Shown in pieces: positions 11,715 through 24,668 of a DNA stretch of 64,000 nucleotides. The notes under the pieces were generated by a model, which was given only the letters and a program-made list of their open reading frames with translations, had not been told where the DNA came from and searched no databases. The stretch is from contig OX597830.1 of assembly GCA_951406725.2 (NCBI GenBank), forward strand, positions 65,720,001 through 65,784,000, written 5' to 3'. Both the position numbers and the translations under genes were made by a program. Positions within the stretch are counted from its first letter, which is position 1. Each line of letters opens with the position of its first letter. The stretch is from Octopus vulgaris. Lineage: Eukaryota.

Positions 11715-12357
11715 TGTAAGAGTACCATATGAGCATGATCGTTGCCAGAGCAACAAGCTGGCCTCCGTACCGATGGCATGTAAGAGGCACCATTTGAACA
11801 TGATCGTTACCTGCGTCGTCTTACTGGCACTTGTGCTGGTGGCACGTGAAAAAACATTCGAGCGAAGTTGTTGCCAGTGCCACTGGACTGGCTCCTGTGC
11901 AGGTGGCACATAAAAAGCACCATTTGAGCATGGTCATTGCCAGTATAGCCCGACTGGCCCTCGTGCTGGTGGCACGTAAAAGCACCCACTACACTCTTGG
12001 AGTGGTTGGCGTTAGGAAGGGCATCCAGCAGTAGAAACTCTGCCAGATCAGATTGGAGCCTGGTGCAGCCATCTGGTTCGCCAGACCTCAGTCAAATCGT
12101 CCAACCCATGCTAGCATGGAAAGCAGATGTTAAACGATGAGGATGATGATGATGATGATGTATTTGCGTTTATATGTTTGTGTGTCTGTGTTTGTCTCTC
12201 CAACATTGCCTGAGAACCGATGCTGGTGTGTGTATGTCCCTGTAACTTAGCGGTTCGGCAAAAGAGACCAATAGAATAGGTACTAGGCTTACAAAGGATA
12301 AGTCCTGGGGTCGATGTGCTCAACTAAAGGTGGCACTCCATCATGGCCACAGTCAAA
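11715..12357 (+). mobile_element. SINE family C followed by the 3' half of the interrupted family A SINE
   Basis: Family C sub-repeats and (GAT)n tail to about 12160, then the family A 3' half. Confidence 0.75.
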
Positions 12358-13704
12358 TGCAATAGATCGATACTAGGGTCATAATTATGGGTGGACACTA
12401 AAGAGGGAACGGTTTTGTTGTCCAGCTCTGTTTATGATTGACCCCTCAGTTTATGGCCACAGAGTATCTTTTTTCTCATAAATAACAGTGACAAATTCAT
12501 ATGACACCGCAAATAACTGTTGTTGACAAAGATTCGGAGAAATTGTATTCACCTCAATAGACGTCATTGATTGGTTGAAATTGCTGAAATGCAAGAAATT
12601 AAACAACAAATAGCTTACAAACTACAGAATTTTCTCAAGAAAGCCAAGAGAAAAAGATGTTTTATAAACACATTCTACCAGTATACGAAGTTTAAAAGTG
12701 TTTAGTTACAAAGAAATTATTTTAAAAATCTGCCGGTCAAAGCAAATAGATCCCAAATTGGCAACACATGGCATCATCGGTAAGCAGCTCTCCATTCACT
12801 TTATACACTAAATTTCACCTTTGTCACCCCTATTAACCCGTTTAAAGCAGTTAGATTTTGCTACAACGCACATTTTCACCTGAACTCAATCAGAGTATTT
12901 TCATGACTAGGTGGACACTAGTTTGTTAGTTGAGCTCTGATTGGCTGTATGCAAATGAGTTCATAACTGGGGTCCCAAGTTGACAGATAGTGGGACTGAA
13001 CCCAAAACCACGTGATTACAAAGCGATCTTCTTAACCACAGAGTGATGCATGCTGGCGGGAGGGAGGGTGGATCGTATCCTCAAACTGGAATCTTGGCTC
13101 GAATGCTTGCAACAGAATGGACTGTAATACGGACACAAATGGCGCCAGTTGGTGGCGTTAGAACAAGTGATGGGTTAAAGTCAGCCACCTAAGTAGGCCA
13201 TGGTGAGACCCGAACTCAGAAAGCAAAGAACCGGAACAAAGTATTGCAAGGCATCCAGCCGGACATTCTTACAGTTCCGCCAGACCACTATCTTTTTTTC
13301 CACGCCCACCATTTTTTTCCACCCTAAACTCCGGTGTAATCGTGATCTATACCATTTGAAAGGTATTTGTAAAAGAATATTTCATTCGAAAACACCAATC
13401 TTTCTATGTTATGAGGAAACGAAGTCGGAAGTAAGGACGTTTTAGCAGCGTTATTAGTTCCCGAGCAAACGAATGCACTGGGCCCCATAATAAATATTTA
13501 TTGACAGCGAACCACAGATTATATGAATTAGAAATGGGTCCCTCGACCAGTGAGGCTCACGGGCAACTTGTCCTGTGTGCCTAAGCCTTAAGACGGCGCA
13601 AGTCGGGGTGGGGAAGGGCACAGTTGTGTACCAATGTCTAAAATCTACATATTAAATTACACTTGAGTTGATATTTCAGATAGTTCTTTTATTGGGTACT
13701 TTTT

Positions 13705-14135
13705 GGCGATCTTTCGTCTCTAGCAGACCTTTCCGCCGATTTCCGTAAAAAAATTTTTTTTTTTTTTACATATGGGCTTGCGGGAACTTTTGAAGTAATA
13801 TACATACATATACACATACACCGAGTAAAAAAATTCAGTTATCTCTCTCTTTCACCCATTACTCTGTCTCTTCACACACACTAACAGAAGCACTTCACTT
13901 ACACAACATACTGTCTGTCTCCCACACCCCATCAAACACACACACACACACACACATGTACATCAATGCTTCCATGCACGGTAACTTCAAAAGAACTTCC
14001 CTTGTCATACAATCGCTTTCTCTTAGTCTCTTTCGCTTTCATTACTTCAAAAGTTCCCGAAAGCCCATATGTAAAAAAAAAAAAAATTTTTTTACGGAAA
14101 TCGACGGAAAGGTCTACTAGAGACGAAAGATTGCC
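13705..14135. mobile_element. MITE with about 93-bp TIRs (GGCGATC...GATTGCC)
   Basis: 13705-13798 is the reverse complement of 14041-14135; related to the element at 29390-29921. Confidence 0.85.
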
Positions 14136-15963
14136 CTTTTATTAATTGCTATCAATGTCCTGATTATGTAGTTACAAATATTTAGTTACAGACGCTCCAC
14201 ATTAATTTGAACATAACTGACGTCGCCATTCATGGTTTAATAACAATATTGACGAACTCAATATTAATAATTCCCTACTAAGGGCACAGAGTCTGAAATT
14301 TAGGGAAGTTGGGGAACTAGTCAATTATGACGAGCCCATTGCCCAACCGGTACTTTATTTTAACCACCTCGAAAGGATGAAAGGCAAACTAGACCTAAGC
14401 GAGATTTGAACTCGTAACGTAAGGCGCCGAAATAAATGCTTTGATATCGATAATAATTGTTTCTATTATAGGCACAAGACCTGAAAGTTTGCGGGAAGGG
14501 AGCCAGATGGTTACATCGACGCCAGTGCTCAACCGAGTTATTTCATCGACTCCGAAAGGCCGAATGGTAAGGTCGACCTCTGCTAAAACATTTTCCATAG
14601 CACTTTAGGCTAACGACGGAACTCGATCACCCGACCTGCAAGAAATAGCAGTCACATTAACCGTCTATTTACCTTCAAATCATACCAAATAGTTCTAAAC
14701 AAAGAAGGTTGTAGAAGGCAGTGTAGCTCCCAGATGTGCAAAAGGACGGGATGGTCACAACTGGAATGCCTTTGACCTTAGGTTTCCTTGAACGGGGTTG
14801 ACCTGGTTGCAAAGCGAGCAGGATGGGGGGCAAGTGTATAAATAGATAAACAGGTAAACGAATTCATGTATAAATAGATACACAGATGTGTGTATAAACA
14901 GATTAATATTCAGGTAAGTATGTAAATAAATAGTTATACAGATAGATAAGTATGTATGTGTGCAAAGAAATAGATGACTGTCCGTATAAAATGTTACAAT
15001 TTTCACATTATTTAGATATCAAAAAAGAAATCTTTGCAGTGATAATAATTTTAACACATATAAACGAGAAGAACGAAGAGAGGCCAGAATATCCAACTTA
15101 CGACGAAATTCGCCTTGTTTGTTGTCTCTTAAACGTTTCTAGCGACGCGTAATGGATAAGTCAAATCCATTTTGGTTCTGTATCATTTTCCCCGCCACAT
15201 TTAGAAAAAAAATCTTTCACTTGTTTAAGTAATCGGAGCGCAGTATCGTCTTGAAGGATTTTCAATCGAACTAGCCCTTTTTTTTTTCAAACTTGGTATT
15301 TATCTTATTTGATATCTTGGATCTTTTCGCTTTGACCGGCAGATTTTTAAAATAATTTCTTTGAAACTAAACACGGATCTTTTCCTTTTGAAAGCCAGAT
15401 TTTCCTAGTTAACTAAACAATTTGAAACTTCGTATACTGGTAGAATGTGTCAAAAGAAAACATAATTGTAAACCAAAATGAAAACGGAATTGTAATTTCT
15501 AAGTTTAACGTTGTTTAAAACTTGGAATTTTAACCAATGATATTCTTTCTTTCGGCCTCATATTATTTACTGCTTAAACTTCGTATACTGGTAGAAAAGA
15601 TCCAATATCTTTAACCGATCCACTAAATTACAAGAATGTAATCAAACCAGTCCCTGATGTTAAGAAGTGAGTGGAGGTTAAACACAAATTTGCTTGATTA
15701 AACACTTCACGCTACAAGTGAAGCGGCTATCGATGTTAGTCTTCGCAACATCTACGCGTTACAATGTTGTCCATCATTTCAACAGTCGTCGTAATGTTAC
15801 CTATTCTTCCTGCAATTGGAATCGTTACCTATTCACATCAATGAGCATTACATAATCCCACCGCACTGATGACTCCTATGTGCTGATGCCACTACACACA
15901 CACACACACACACACACACCTTCAAATATGAATGTGAAGAAACCCGAGGAATATAAACAATAA

Positions 15964-16350
15964 GGCGCAGGAGTGGCTGTGTGGTAAGTAGCTTGCTAAC
16001 CAACCACATGGTTCCGGGTTCAGTCCCACTGCGTGGCATCTTGGGCAAGTGTCTTTGCTATAGCCCCGGGCCGACCAATGCCTTGTGAGTGGATTTGGTA
16101 GACGGAAACTGAAAGAAGCCTGTCGTATATATGTATCTGTATGTGTGTCTGTGTTTGTCCCCCTAGCATTGCTTGACAACCGATGCTGGTGTGTTTACGT
16201 CCCCGTCACTTAGCGGTTCGGCAAAAAGAGACCGATAGAATAAGTACTGGGCTTACAAAGAATAAGTCCTGGTGTCGATTTGCTAGACTAAAGGTGGTGT
16301 TCCAGCATGGCCGCAGTCAAAATGACTGAAACAAGTAAAAGAATAAAGAA
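15964..16350 (+). mobile_element. SINE family A
   Basis: Full family A head, body and tail. Confidence 0.9.
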
Positions 16351-16621
16351 ATAAAAATCAGGCGTTACCCATTTTGCCCCACTTTAGTCATCAGTTTTGA
16401 CTGAAACAAGTAAAATAAAGAAAACAATATTGAACATACATGCACAAAGTGTTTTGCCAGTGCGTCGCTAGGCTGCGCTTATAAGCGTAAGGGAATATAT
16501 TCTCATCAATTCGTCTGTTGTTAAAATACCTGAAGTAATAGACAAGCAAGATAACTCGCACCAGGTCCCGTTACAGGAGCAATAGACATTGATATTTCAT
16601 CATTTTTATGATTTGTCCAAA

Positions 16622-17590
16622 CCTATTTCTTTACTACCCACAAGGGGCTAAACACAGAGGGGACAAACAAGGACAGACAAACGGATTAAGTCGATTACAT
16701 CGACCCCAGTGCGTATCTGGTACTTATTTAATCGATCCCGAAAGGATGAAAGACAAAGTCGACCTCGGCGGAATTTGAACTCAGAACGTAGCCGCAGACG
16801 AAATACCTATTTCCTTATTACCCACAAGGGGCTAAACATAGAGGGAACAAACAAGGACAGACAAACGGATTAAGTCGATTACATCGACCCCAGTGCGTAT
16901 CTGGTACTTATTTAATCGATCCCGAAAGGATGAAAGACAAAGTCGACCTCGGCGGAATTTGAACTCAGAACGTAGCCGCAGACGAAATACCTATTTCCTT
17001 ATTACCCACAAGGGGCTAAACATAGAGGGAACAAACAAGGACAGACAAACGGATTAAGTCGATTACATCGACCCCAGTGCGTATCTGGTACTTATTTAAT
17101 CGATCCCGAAAGGATGAAAGACAAAGTCGACCTCGGCGGAATTTGAACTCAGAACGTAGCCGCAGACGAAATACCTATTTCCTTATTACCCACAAGGGGC
17201 TAAACATAGAGGGAACAAACAAGGACAGACATGGGTATTAAGTCGATTACATCAACCCCAGTGCGTAACTGGTACTTAATTTATCGACCCCGAAAGGATG
17301 AAAGACAAAGTCGACCTCGGCGGAATTTGAACTCAGAACGTAGCAGCAGACGAAATACCTATTTCCTTATTACCCACAAGGGGCTAAACATAGAGGGAAC
17401 AAACAAGGACAGACATGGGTATTAAGTCGATTACATCAACCCCAGTGCGTAACTGGTACTTAATTTATCGACCTCGAAAGGATGAAAGACAAAGTCGACC
17501 TCGGCGGAATTTGAACTCAGAATGTAGCGGCTGACGAAATACCGCAAAGCATTTCGTCCGGCGTGCTAACGTTTCTGCCAGCTCGCCACC
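16622..17590 (-). repeat. Family B SINE pentamer: one head plus 5 x 184-bp bodies
   Basis: Unit starts at 16622, 16806, 16990, 17174 and 17358; the whole block is flanked by ATGATTTGTCCA direct repeats. Confidence 0.9.
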
Positions 17591-17998
17591 ATGATTTGTC
17601 CATACCATGTGCCCTAAACGAGATCAGATACATGTTAAATCGCTATCTGTGACTATATGCAAAATGGTGTGAGAATCATCTGCTGGTATGTCCCACCGAT
17701 TCATACCACGGAAAAAAAACAACATTCAAATATGAATAAGAAGCAGCCCGAGGAATATAAACAATATCGAATATTCATACACAAGGTATGTGTTGTGGCA
17801 ATTCGTGGGCAGGCTGCAATTATAGGCGTAAGTGGATATATTCTCATCAGTTCGCCTAGTGTTAATATTTGAATTCTTACGTTGGATGTCTGTTCAAATT
17901 ATGAAACCGTGATCACGTTCTCTGCGCCCTTGTTTCCAGACATCCCGCAACTTACATCTGTATAACTTGTTTCATTCATTTGACTACGGCCAAAATTA

Positions 17999-18475
17999 TG
18001 CCCCAAGTGAGGATCGAACTCACGACCTTCAGATTCATCTTTATTATGATACTAGCAGTATCGCCCGGCGTTGCTCGGGTTTGTAAGGGAAATAAATATA
18101 TAAGCATTTTTAGAGAGTTATAGCCAAAAAGTAGCAAAAAAAATGCATCAACGATGGAAAAAAAATGATGGTAATTTTTTTTTTAAATCGTTGACTCATC
18201 GTAGACATTTTTAGAGAGTTACTTCCCTTATATGATAGCGAAAAAAATGCATTAAAATGGAAAAAAATTATGGTAAATTATTTTTTAAATCGTAGACTCA
18301 TCGTAGACGCGCGCTAATACCCAGAAGGGCTCGATATGAATTACGACTACAAGATATCCGGTTTTGGTTAAACTGCACCGCAAAATGTGGGAGTAGTTAG
18401 GAATCTAAATCGTAGGAAACAGACACACAACTTGACTTTTATATATAAAGATTAACGCGTTGCCTACTGCGCTAT
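17999..18475 (-). pseudogene. Elongator tRNA-Met(CAT)-derived pseudogene split by a Helitron
   Basis: Minus strand: TAGCGCAGTAGGCAACGCGTTAA [Helitron] TATCATA-ATAAAGATGA-ATCTGAAGGTCGTGAGTTCGATCCTCACTTGGGGCA; matches metazoan elongator tRNA-Met; 5' acceptor strand lost. Confidence 0.75.
18052..18451 (-). mobile_element. Non-autonomous Helitron
   Basis: 5'-TC, 3' hairpin CCCGAGCAACGCCGGG followed by CTAG, inserted between A and T with no TSD. Confidence 0.85.
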
Positions 18476-19427
18476 CTCAATGCGCCAGCATGCCACTAAC
18501 ACAATCTTTCGTCTTGCTTATCCACAGCGAATGCACAGGATCTCAACGCCAGACTCATTTAACCTCTGCACTTTGTTTCAAGGCTCTTTACACTGCACGC
18601 ACACTTCTGTCAGAAGTTTTTCCTAATTTTGAACGTCCTCCAATTTTCGCAGAGCGCACATTCCAGCAATTTTTCTGGTAATCAATCATTTACTTTCGAA
18701 AAATTATTTTGAGAGAGAGTGATGTACCGAACAGTTACCAAATACCTAAGCCAAGATTCGAAATCAAACCCGCAATTTCAAACAAGTCACCTGCCTATTG
18801 TTTTCGCTTTTTGCACTAAGCGATTAATGAGAATAAGCTGACCTCTTGGATCCTTTCGAGTTATTCATAGGTTAAACTTGATACAGAGGAGAAATCCCTT
18901 TGTTCTAGCTTGACCTAATTTAATTACGAAAAATATAAATACGAACTCTCTCTTTTGGCCGACCCGTCTCTAGCCAAAGAGCAAACCTTTCAGTATGCTG
19001 ATCAACGCGTGAGCGTAGATTTATCACCCTTTCTATTTACCTAGACTTTATTACGCTGTCTATTTAGTAGCAACCCACTGATGAAACTTACCATACATAA
19101 TGGGCGATGGAGCTAGAGACAGCTTGTTTACTGCAACAACAAGCAAGCTGTGTATACAAACATGTCGATGACATACTAAATTATATCAATAAATAGCCGT
19201 TTTAATGTTCCATTGATATTGTTCTTCAATCATTCATTTCTTTGATGCTTCGATACATATCGTTATACATACACATTATTAATTAATGGCCCACCGTTAT
19301 AAATTCGTTACACACCTTTAGCTATCATGTCACGAGTTTTCTCCATAGCTTCTTCACGACCTGCTGGAATAGCATTCTTCCTGGTATATTTACATACTAT
19401 GGTGTAAAAAAAAAATGAAAAAAACTA

Positions 19428-19583
19428 GGAGTGGCTGTGTGGTAAGTAGCTTGCTTACGAACCACATGGTTCCGGATTCAGTCCCACTGCGTGGTGCCTT
19501 GGGCAAGTGTCTTCTAATATAGCCTCGGGCCGACCAAAGCCTTGTGAGTGGATTTGGTAGACGGAAACTGAAAGAAGCCCGTC

Positions 19584-19627
<44 letters not shown>

Positions 19628-20050
19628 TTGTGTGTCAGTGTTTGTACCCCCATCATCGCTTCAAAACCGATGGTGGTTTGTTTATGCCCCCGTAACTTAG
19701 CGGCTCGGCAAAAGAGACTGGTAGAATAAGTACTAGGCTTACAAAGAATAAGTCCTGGGGTCGATTTGCTAGACTTAAAGGCGGTACTCCAGCATGGCCG
19801 CAGTCAAAATAACTGAAACAAGTAAAAGAGTAAACGAATATGTATGTGTCTGTGTTTGTCCCCCCAACATCGCTTGACAACCTATGCTGGTGTGTTTACG
19901 TCCCCGTAACTTAGCGGTTCGGCAAAAGAGACTGATAGAATAAGTACTAGGCTTACAAAGAATAAGTCCTGGGGTCGATACGCTCGACCAAAGGCGATGC
20001 TCCAGCATGGCCGCAGTCAAAATGACTGAAACAAGTAAAAGAGTAAAGAA
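19428..20050 (+). mobile_element. SINE family A with duplicated 3' half
   Basis: One head; two successive GTTTGT..CCC...CAGCATGGCCGCAGTCAAAA...AAAAGAGT tails. Confidence 0.85.
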
Positions 20051-20317
20051 ATAAAAATTAGGCGTTACCCATTTTGCCCCACTTTAGTCATCAGTTTTGG
20101 AATATTAAAATAGTATTATTAGTGTGGGAGGGGGGGGGAATCCAACAGAAAAAATCACGATAATTGTTAAACACCAAAAATTATCCAGATATTCAATTAT
20201 ATCAATTACAATCGGATCAAAGTTGAGGAAAGATTTCGCGAAAAAAAAACAGAAGTACCTATCAGCTATGTTTCAAGCTCTCTTTCTACTACAACAAAAC
20301 ATACGCTGACCAATTCT

Positions 20318-20729
20318 GGATCTTTTCGGTTTGAACGGCAGTTTTTCTAGCGGTGTCATATGAAATTGTCACCCATAATTATGACCCTAGTATCGATCTA
20401 TTGCATTTCAATCTGTTTTAGGGTTAGGGTTTTGGGGAAAGGGTATCTTTTTTTCTTCAGAAATGTAAATAAACCCAATCTGTTTCTTAAACGAGGGACA
20501 TATTCATACGGCACAGAATGTTTTCACCTCAATAGACGTCATTGAATGGTTGAAATTGCAGAAATTGAAGGAAAAAAAACAGCAAGTGTCTTACAAACTA
20601 TAGAATTTTCTCAATAAAGCCAAGAGAAAAAGATATTTTATAAACACATTCTACCAGTATACGAAGTTTAAAAGTGTTTAGTTACGTGGAAATTATTAAA
20701 AAAAACTGCCGTTCAAACCGAAAAGATCG
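20318..20729. mobile_element. MITE with GG termini, 8-bp TSD and internal TTAGGG (Merlin-like)
   Basis: TIR GGATCTTTTCGGTTTGAACGGCAGTTTTT / AAAAACTGCCGTTCAAACCGAAAAGATCG; flanks CCAATTCT / CCAATTTT. Confidence 0.8.
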
Positions 20730-21263
20730 CCAATTTTTCCTGCAAAGATGATACAGCAGTACAAAATGACGATGCCAAACTTGCAATGTAATGGTTTCAA
20801 ACAGGATAAAAAAACAATGACGAATCAGATATTACCCGTTTTGTCCCCTACTACCACGACCACGACCACCGCTACACAAGTACAGCCAGAAATGAAAGTA
20901 GAATTTTATTTCCAAGTCAAACAAAAGAAGTGGACAATGATTGCTTTCTTCTGGTGAGGCAAAACACGTAGCCGAATCTATTTTTATTTACAAATTACGC
21001 ACAACAACACGCGCGCAGGCATATAATTGTATGCATATGTATAAGCACTGTTGTTTAGTTTCACTTGAAACAACGTCACAATTTTTCCCACGAATTTTTA
21101 CTAAATTGCACAGAGAGGCCCACTATATCATTCAGTCTTTCTTTTATTTCTCTTTCTCACCCCACCTCCCACCTCATTCATCATTCATTATACATAGGCG
21201 CAGGAGTGGCTGCGTGGTAAGTAGCTTGCTTACCAACCACATGGTTCCGGGTTCAGTCCCACT

Positions 21264-22053
21264 GAACACGGATGACCCCTGTGCAAGGACAATCCGAACA
21301 CAGACAGGTGTTGCAAAGAGTGACTGGTAGAGCAGAAATGGCGCAAGACCAGGGTATCATTGCCGAGGTGTTCCGCGAACCAGTCAGCCAAGTGGCGTCC
21401 CATTTGCCCAATGTATAGAGAAGGGCAATGAGAGCAGGAGATGCAGCAGATGACGTTGATCGAAGCGAAGGTGAAGAAGTCGGTGATATAGGATCGATGA
21501 TGGGTGCCGGTGACGAGGGTGGTGTTGGAGAGGTAAGGGCAAGTGCGGACGCGTGGGCGGGAGCAGGGGAACGAGCCGGGTTGGGAGGTTGGTTAGGGAA
21601 GAAGCTGTGGACCAAGAGGTCCCGTAGGTTGTGGGCTCGTTTGAAGGAGGGGAGGGGTCGGTTAGGGAAGATGTGTGAAATGGAGGGGTCGGACTGGAGT
21701 CGCCGGAACGCTCGGAGAATGGTGCGTTGGAGAGGTAGGGTGGTGGGGTGGTAAGTGAGGGGAAACGGGAGACGGCGGGGCGGGGGCGGGGGGAGAGAGC
21801 AGATGCACGATCCACGGAACGTGCTCTGGCGGTGTGGATAGTGGTGAGGGGATATCCACATAGGATGAAGTGGCGAGCCATGAGTTGAGACAGAGTCTCA
21901 AAGTCATGATCGTCACTGCAGAGCCTGCGTAGACGGAGGAATTGGAAATAGGGGATGGAGAGCTCGGCGTGTTTAGGGTGGGAGGAGGAGAAGTTGAGGT
22001 ATGAGTGTGAGTCTGTGTGTTTGTATTGGATGGAGGTGGTGAGAGTGGAGTGA
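21264..22053 (-). mobile_element. Penelope-like retroelement fragment (RT thumb to GIY-YIG endonuclease), frameshifted
   Basis: TSIQYKHTDSHSYLNFSSSHP..SIPYFQFLRLRRLCS; LPFPLTYHP; FKRAHNLRDLLVHS; Cys-rich segment leading to a YIGQ.GR motif; abuts a family A SINE head at 21197-21263. Confidence 0.85.
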
Positions 22054-22191
22054 TAATGCTGACCCAAATGTCAAGAAATTATATATATAATGAGTGACCA
22101 CTGAAATTTGCTAAGATGAGGAAAAGAGAAAAGAGACTGAATGAAATAACGAAGCAGAATTTGATGTGACAATCTTTCAGTGTTTCTATAC

Positions 22192-22425
22192 CTATTTCTT
22201 TACTACCCACAAGGGGCTAAACACAGAGGGGACAAACAAGGACAGACAAACGGATTAAGTCGATTATATCGACCCCAGTGCGTAACTGGTACTTAATTTA
22301 TCGACCCCATAAGGATGAAAGGCAAAGTCGACCTCGGCGGAATTTGAACTCAGAACGTAACGGTAGACGAAATACGGCTACGCATTTCGCCCGGCGTGCT
22401 AACGTTTCTACCAGCTCGCCGCCTA
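22192..22425 (-). mobile_element. SINE family B
   Basis: Full reverse-complement family B; CTTTCAGTGTTTCTA is repeated on both sides. Confidence 0.85.
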
Positions 22426-22674
22426 CCGCACATACACAGTTGTTACTCCATTACAGCTTTCAGTGTTTCTACATCTCTTTTTCTTGATTAATCCTTGTTC
22501 TACTCTAATAGGATCGCGGTTGGAATTGTCTGCTCTCCTACATTGTTCTGGGAATTAACCCGGGCCTCTCTGCACAATTCAGTGAAAATTCGTTGGAAAA
22601 TTGCGCCGTTGTTTCCAGCGAAACAAAACAGTGCTTACACTTATAAATAAATACATATGCATACATTTATGCAT

Positions 22675-22675
22675 G

Positions 22676-22707
<32 letters not shown>

Positions 22708-22777
22708 TGTATGTATGTATGTGTGTATGTATGTATATGTATGTATGTATGTATATGTATGTATGTATGTATGTATG

Positions 22778-22809
<32 letters not shown>

Positions 22810-22832
22810 TGTATGTATGTATGTATGTATGT
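22675..22832. repeat. (TATG)n microsatellite
   Basis: Seen directly. Confidence 0.95.
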
Positions 22833-23440
22833 GTAAATAAAAAAAAAAGATCCGGCCTCGTGTTTTGCCTGACCGGAAGAAGGCAATCATTGTCCTTTTA
22901 TTTAGTTTTACTTGGAATATAAACACAATCTGACGTAAAAATCTACTTACATTTCTGAATGTACTTGTATTATAATAGTGGCGGTAGCTGTGGTGTTGGT
23001 GGGGATGTTTGCAAAATGGCTAAATGGAGCAAAAATATGTCATTTCTGATTCCTCGTTATGTTCTGCCTTCCGTTGAATTGCAGATATTACATCATTTTG
23101 TACTGTTGCATCAGCCTTGGGAGAAAAGGCTGGCCAGCATAGTTGTTATTGAAGCTATGAGAGCTTGAAACGTAATGAGCTGATAGGTAGCTTTTTTTTT
23201 TCTCTCATGAAATCTTTCCTCAATTTTGATCCGATTGTATTAATAATTGAGGTTGCTTATGAAATATCTGGATAATTTTTGGTGCTTAACAATTAATATT
23301 CCTTTTTCTGATGGATGCCAAGTGAGTTTATAACCACACAATCTGATTTGATACTTTTCGTTCGATATTCCAAAAATGCTCTCTAAAGTGGGGGCAAAAT
23401 GGGTAACGACTAATTTAAATAATTACTTTTCTTTGATAGC

Positions 23441-23735
23441 ATGGTGAGTAAATATATCAGGAAGAAAGCTACTCCAGCAGATTTTGAAGAAGCTATGGAG
23501 AACGCTTATCGCACGATAGCTAAATGTGCATTATGCTATTTTGCTGCAACCCCAACTAATGTCTCGTATGAGACTTCGAAGACGAGTCGATGGTATCAGC
23601 CAATCTGAGCGAATTGGTAGGGGTCGTTTTGTTAGTGTGCTTTCAAAGAAAGAGAAGGAAGATTTAGTTAATGCACTTTTGCTTCCATCTAGGTTAGGTT
23701 GGTCACATAGGATACAGAAAATTTGCACAAGGTGA
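23441..23735 (+). pseudogene. Degenerate pogo/Tigger-like transposase N-terminus (HTH domains)
   Basis: MVSKYIRKK..ADFEEAMENA... then (frameshift) RLRRRVDG...GRGRFVSVLSKKEKEDLVNALL..LGW resembles the psq-HTH/CENP-B HTH junction. Confidence 0.5.
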
Positions 23736-24060
23736 AGTCTTTACGACAGAATATGTACTTATTATTAAAACTATCAGGTTGTAATAAAAGTTCTGTCCGT
23801 TATTTTAAGTAAATATCTAATTAGATTTAAAAGTGTTTAACTTCTCAGTTGTGTTTGAAAAACGACGAAATCATTAATATACAATTTTCTATCATTTTCT
23901 TCCAGATTTTGTCAATTTTAACTCAGAACGTAACGGCGGAATTTGAACTCAGAACGTAACGACAGACGAAATAAGGCTACGCATTTCGCCCAGCGTGCTT
24001 AACGGTTCTGCCAGCTCACCGCCTTAGAAAGCCTGTATATAACAAAATTCCGAAGACTCA

Positions 24061-24099
<39 letters not shown>

Positions 24100-24266
24100 A
24101 CACACACACACAGGTAATAGAAAAATGATGCACATGAGCCTAAATAGAACAATTTTCACCTGAGCAACATTTTAAATCGCCGAGTGTGCAAAACGATTTG
24201 AAAGGTAGTCAATCGCATGACTATGTCTAAGCGAAGGAAACAAACAAGAACAATCGACCTTAAATA

Positions 24267-24668
24267 TCTTTATATATAAAAGTAAGGTTGTGTGCTGTCT
24301 GTCTCCTACGATTTAGATTCCTAACTACTCCCACATTTTGCGGTGCAGTTTAACCAAAACCGGATATCTTATAGTCGTGATTCATATCGAGTCCTTCTGT
24401 GTATTAGCGCGTGTCTACGATGAGTCTACGATTAAAAAAAAAATTTACCATCATTTTTTTCCATTTTAATGCATTTTTTTCGCTATTATATAAGGGAAGT
24501 AACTCTCTAAAAATGTCTACGATGAGTCAACGATTTAAAAAAAATTTACCATCATTTCTTTTTCCATTTTTAATGCATTTTTTTGCTATTTTTTGGCTAT
24601 AACTCTCTAAAAATGCTTATATAGTTATTTCCCTTACAAACCCGAGCAACGCCGGGCGATACTGCTAG
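24267..24668 (+). mobile_element. Non-autonomous Helitron
   Basis: A|TCTTTATATATAAAAG ... CCCGAGCAACGCCGGGCGATACTGCTAG|T. Confidence 0.9.

Noticed and set aside
10472-17590. CRISPR-like appearance of the 66-bp and 184-bp arrays
   Set aside because: There are no unique spacers and no cas genes, the context is eukaryotic, and the units are SINE segments.
19075-19140. Possible hammerhead motif (CTGATGA...GAGAC)
   Set aside because: The stems could not be paired convincingly by eye.
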